Source: Lepidodermella squamata (taxonomy: Eukaryota; Animalia; Gastrotricha). From it: DNA of 64,000 bases. Every line of letters begins with the position of its first letter. Positions within the stretch are counted from its first letter, which is position 1. The stretch covers positions 3,410,001 through 3,474,000 of the forward strand of contig JBLDXI010000003.1 in NCBI GenBank assembly GCA_047495785.1. The letters run 5' to 3'. The position numbers were made by a program, and so were the translations under genes. Positions 61,110 to 64,000 of this stretch are shown in pieces. Below the pieces are notes generated by a model. That model was not told the DNA's origin and did no database searches. It saw nothing but the letters and a program-made list of their open reading frames with translations.

Positions 61110-61190
61110 TCGCGTGCCAAGGAAAGACGCGTGCCGCGCGCGAATCCACCGGGGTTGCGCAACACCTGAGCGGCGGGCGTTTTATAAGAA
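61110..61190 (+). promoter_or_regulatory. Putative promoter module of the 61283 gene: CGCGTG x2, TTGCGCAA, TATA-like
   Basis: cgcgtg ~61111 and ~61129, ttgcgcaa 61155-61162, tttataag ~61181; the same combination recurs before other cluster genes. Confidence 0.55.
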
Positions 61191-61282
61191 AAAACACACG
61201 ACTCGTAAACATTTTTTCTTTGAAGTTTCAAGATATTTTTATAACTATTAATATTTATTTTATCAAGTATTGAAACTGTGTC

Positions 61283-63468
61283 ATGCGGGCATTGCTTACT
61301 ATCGTCGTAGCGGTAGCGCTGTTCGGTGAGTTTTAAAGACGCTTTTGCCGCGTTTCTTTATTCATGTTTTCCGTTCTTTTATAGCTGCCCTCACTGACGC
61401 CCAGCGAGGCCAGAAACCGGATCGAACACCAAAGGATGATACACCAAGGGAAGATCGTACTCCTAGGGAAGATCGTACTCCAAGAGAAGATAGGGCACCG
61501 AAAGAAGAACGAGTGGTTCCTGATGCTCCGCAAGAAGAGCGTTCTCCCAAGGAAGAACGACCTGCTAAAGAAGAACGGCCTGCGAAGGAAGAACGACCTC
61601 CCAAGGAAGAACAACCTGCTAAAGAAGAACGGCCTGCTAAGGAAGAACAGCCTGCGAAGGAAGAACGTCCTGCTAAAGAAGAACGGCCTGCTAAAGAAGA
61701 ACAACCTGCGAAGGAAGAACGACCTCCCAAGGAAGAACAACCTGCGAAGGAAGAACGGCCTCCGAAGGAAGAACAACCTGCTAAAGAAGAACGGCCTCCG
61801 AAGGAAGAACGTCCTCCCAAGGAAGAACAACCTGCGAAGGAAGAACGGCCTGCTAAAGAAGAACAACCTGCGAAGGAAGAACGTCCTCCCAAGGAAGAGC
61901 GGCCGCCGAAGGAAGAACAACCTGCGAAGGAAGAGCGTACTGTTCCAAGAGAAGAACGTGTTCCTGACGTTCCGAAGGAGGCTGCTCCGAGGGAAGAACG
62001 ACCTGCGAAAGAAGAACGTGCCGCGAGGATTCCAGTTGAGCGGACCGAAAGGAAAGAGATCGATCGTGAGGTGAGGCCCGAACGAGAAGAACGCAGTCGT
62101 GTGGTGCGGCCGGAAAGAACAGAGCGGCGCAAACCTCAGGATGAGGTGAGGTACAAGTCGAAGGGCCGCAAGAAGTATAGCGACAGCGACAAGGAGGTGA
62201 GCGCTGGTTATTCGGCCCGGGACACCGCTCAACGACGCAAGGCGAGAAGGAGCAGCTCAGAGCGCACCAAGGCGGCTGCGAAGAAGAAGTCGGCCAAGGA
62301 GAAGCTCGACATCGGCATCAGCGCCACTATTGAAGACGCCAAGTCGAAAAAGGACGCGAAGAAGTCGTGGAAGAAGAAGGCCAGCCGGTCGCGTGGTTCA
62401 TTAGCCAAACACTCCGATTCGTACAAGGCGTCTGCTGCTGCGAAATCCAGGAAGGAGGCTGCGAGGATCCGCGGCCGTGGCAAGTTCAACAAGCACGGCA
62501 AGTTCAACCAGGAGAATGAGATCGACGCCGGCACTGAAAACACCCGCAATACTGATGCCATCACGTTCACCCGCAATACCGACAAGGGTCACGATAAGAC
62601 CTGGACCAAGAACAAGGGCAAGGTCAACACCGAGTTCGGCGAAGGGGCTGCCCTGAGCGGTTCGATCGAGACGAAGGCGTCGAAGAAGAGCGCCAAGGCG
62701 AGCAAGAAGGGCAAGAGCAAGGCCGTCAAGGCGAGCAAGTCGTCTGCCTCGGAGTACGCCAGCTACTCGTCGAACCAGCTCGACAAGAAGCGGAAGCAGA
62801 AGGCCCGTCTGAGCGCTGATATCAAGTACAGCAAGGGCAAGAAGTACGCCAAGGCTAGCTACGAGAACAAGAAGAAATCGAGCGAGAGCGCCTCGGCCAA
62901 GACGTCGAAGAAGGCCAACAAGGCGAAGTTCGCGAAGAAGTCCAAGTCGGTTTCGTACAAGGCCAAATCTGAAGCTTCGTACAAGAGCAAGAAGCAAGTC
63001 GCCCCGGCTAAGAAGAAGGCTATCAGGAAGTCGAAGTCCGAATCTGAGGAATCATCTGGTTCTAATTCGGCGCCGAAGAAGCCCCAGTTCAAGAGACCGG
63101 TGAAGGTGGGAAAGAAGTCCAAAAGCGAGGAATCTTCCGGTTCCCATTCCTCAGGTTCAAAGAAGCCTCAGTTCAAGAGACCGGTGAAAGTGGCGAAGAA
63201 GCAAGGCAAGAAGTCCGAAAGTGAAGAATCTTCCGGTTCAGATTCGCCTGCTCCGAAGAAGCGACAGCAGAAGAAGTTCATCAAGAAGCAAGCGAAATCG
63301 AAGTCTGAAAGCGAATCCGTCTCATCGGCGCCGAAAAGGAACAAGAAGTTTGCCAAAGAATCTGAGAGCGATTCGCAAGAAGAGTTCAGCGGCAGCTACC
63401 AAGACAAGAAGAGCAACAAGTTTGGCAAGAAGAAAAACCGCAGCAGCTTCTTCAGCGATCTTCATTAG
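61283..63468 (+). CDS. Secreted 708 aa protein: (KEE[R/Q]P[A/P])n polyampholyte, hairpin-family core (subfamily B) and Ser/Glu/Lys tail (exons 61283-61325, 61385-63468)
   Basis: MRALLTIVVAVALF G|gtgagt ... tttatag|CT GCC CTC, in frame with the track ORF; core closely similar to the 56534 gene; ends FFSDLH. Confidence 0.9.
61549..61938 (+). repeat. Coding tandem repeat, 18-nt unit encoding KEE(R/Q)P(A/P), ~21 copies
   Basis: Read directly from sequence and translation. Confidence 0.95.
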
Positions 63469-64000
63469 ATTAATTTGAAACTGCTCTTGTCTCATTTATT
63501 AATCGATGCTTTACGTCTTTTTAGTGTGAAACTATAAATGTCTTCTGAGATAAATTACAAATTGTCAAAACAGAATGAAATTATTATACATTTATGAAAT
63601 AAAGCTGATTATTACACTCGAACTGAGTTTTTTATTATTCCTGATTGCCGATCGAGGTTTGATGCAGCTACCAACAAAACCTTGTCGTTTTGGAAACGAC
63701 TTAACACTCACAGGGGGTCGATAATTTCAAAGTAACATGCATTTCCACATTCCTACACGAAAACCGATAGATCCATAGATAGAAATTCAGCAATTCGGCG
63801 AAGTTTTTTCTAAAATTTTATTTGTTTCTACATTTTTATCCAAGTCGTTCATTGACCACAGCTTGGTTGAAAAACAGGGTTAGGTCAGGTTGAAAGCGAG
63901 AATCTCACGCCATGAATCATCGACAATGATTGAAAGTTTTATAAAAGTGAATATTGAGAAATATTTTTGTTTCAACCATCGAGCTGCCTATTTCAAAAAT

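Noticed and set aside
1-64000. Taxonomic assignment and naming of the secreted material
   Set aside because: No diagnostic marker in the window; the analogies to sandcastle-worm cement, suckerin, chorion and caddisfly silk are compositional and do not show homology.

Overview
Eukaryotic (animal) DNA from a compact genome: short GT-AG introns of about 50-60 nt, AT-rich intergenic DNA and MITE-like repeats. The species cannot be identified from the sequence. Splicing the genes by hand gives about 24 protein-coding genes plus one pseudogene; several are missing from, or split in, the ORF track. The main feature is a cluster of about 55 kb (8.2-63.5 kb) holding 16 secreted, low-complexity proteins that I cannot assign to a named family. 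Fifteen share one architecture: a 40-52 nt signal-peptide exon (13 start Met-Arg), a phase-1 intron, then a large low-complexity exon. Their upstream regions repeatedly carry CACGCG/CACGTG boxes, and 8 have a TTRCGYAA-type (C/EBP/PAR-bZIP-like) site 100-160 nt above the ATG. The cluster contains a 7-member Lys/Ser/Ala-rich family with a proline-free core, mirror-patterned around a central turn (DKGH in five members; inferred long beta-hairpin). It also contains a silk/suckerin-like block copolymer (FASASVNKNSASASAG alternating with Gly/Arg/His/Phe blocks), a (PPTN/H)30 extensin-like protein, a (KEERPA)n polyampholyte, and acidic or Gln/Glu-rich proteins. Embedded among them are two tandem trypsin-like proteases, a lipocalin, a glycosyltransferase-like gene, a MARVEL-like gene and a BTBD9-like gene with its pseudogene. 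Working hypothesis (inference): a co-regulated gland toolkit for an extracellular material such as glue, tube, silk, cocoon or egg shell. The window opens inside a giant transmembrane mucin with a repetitive basic cytoplasmic tail.
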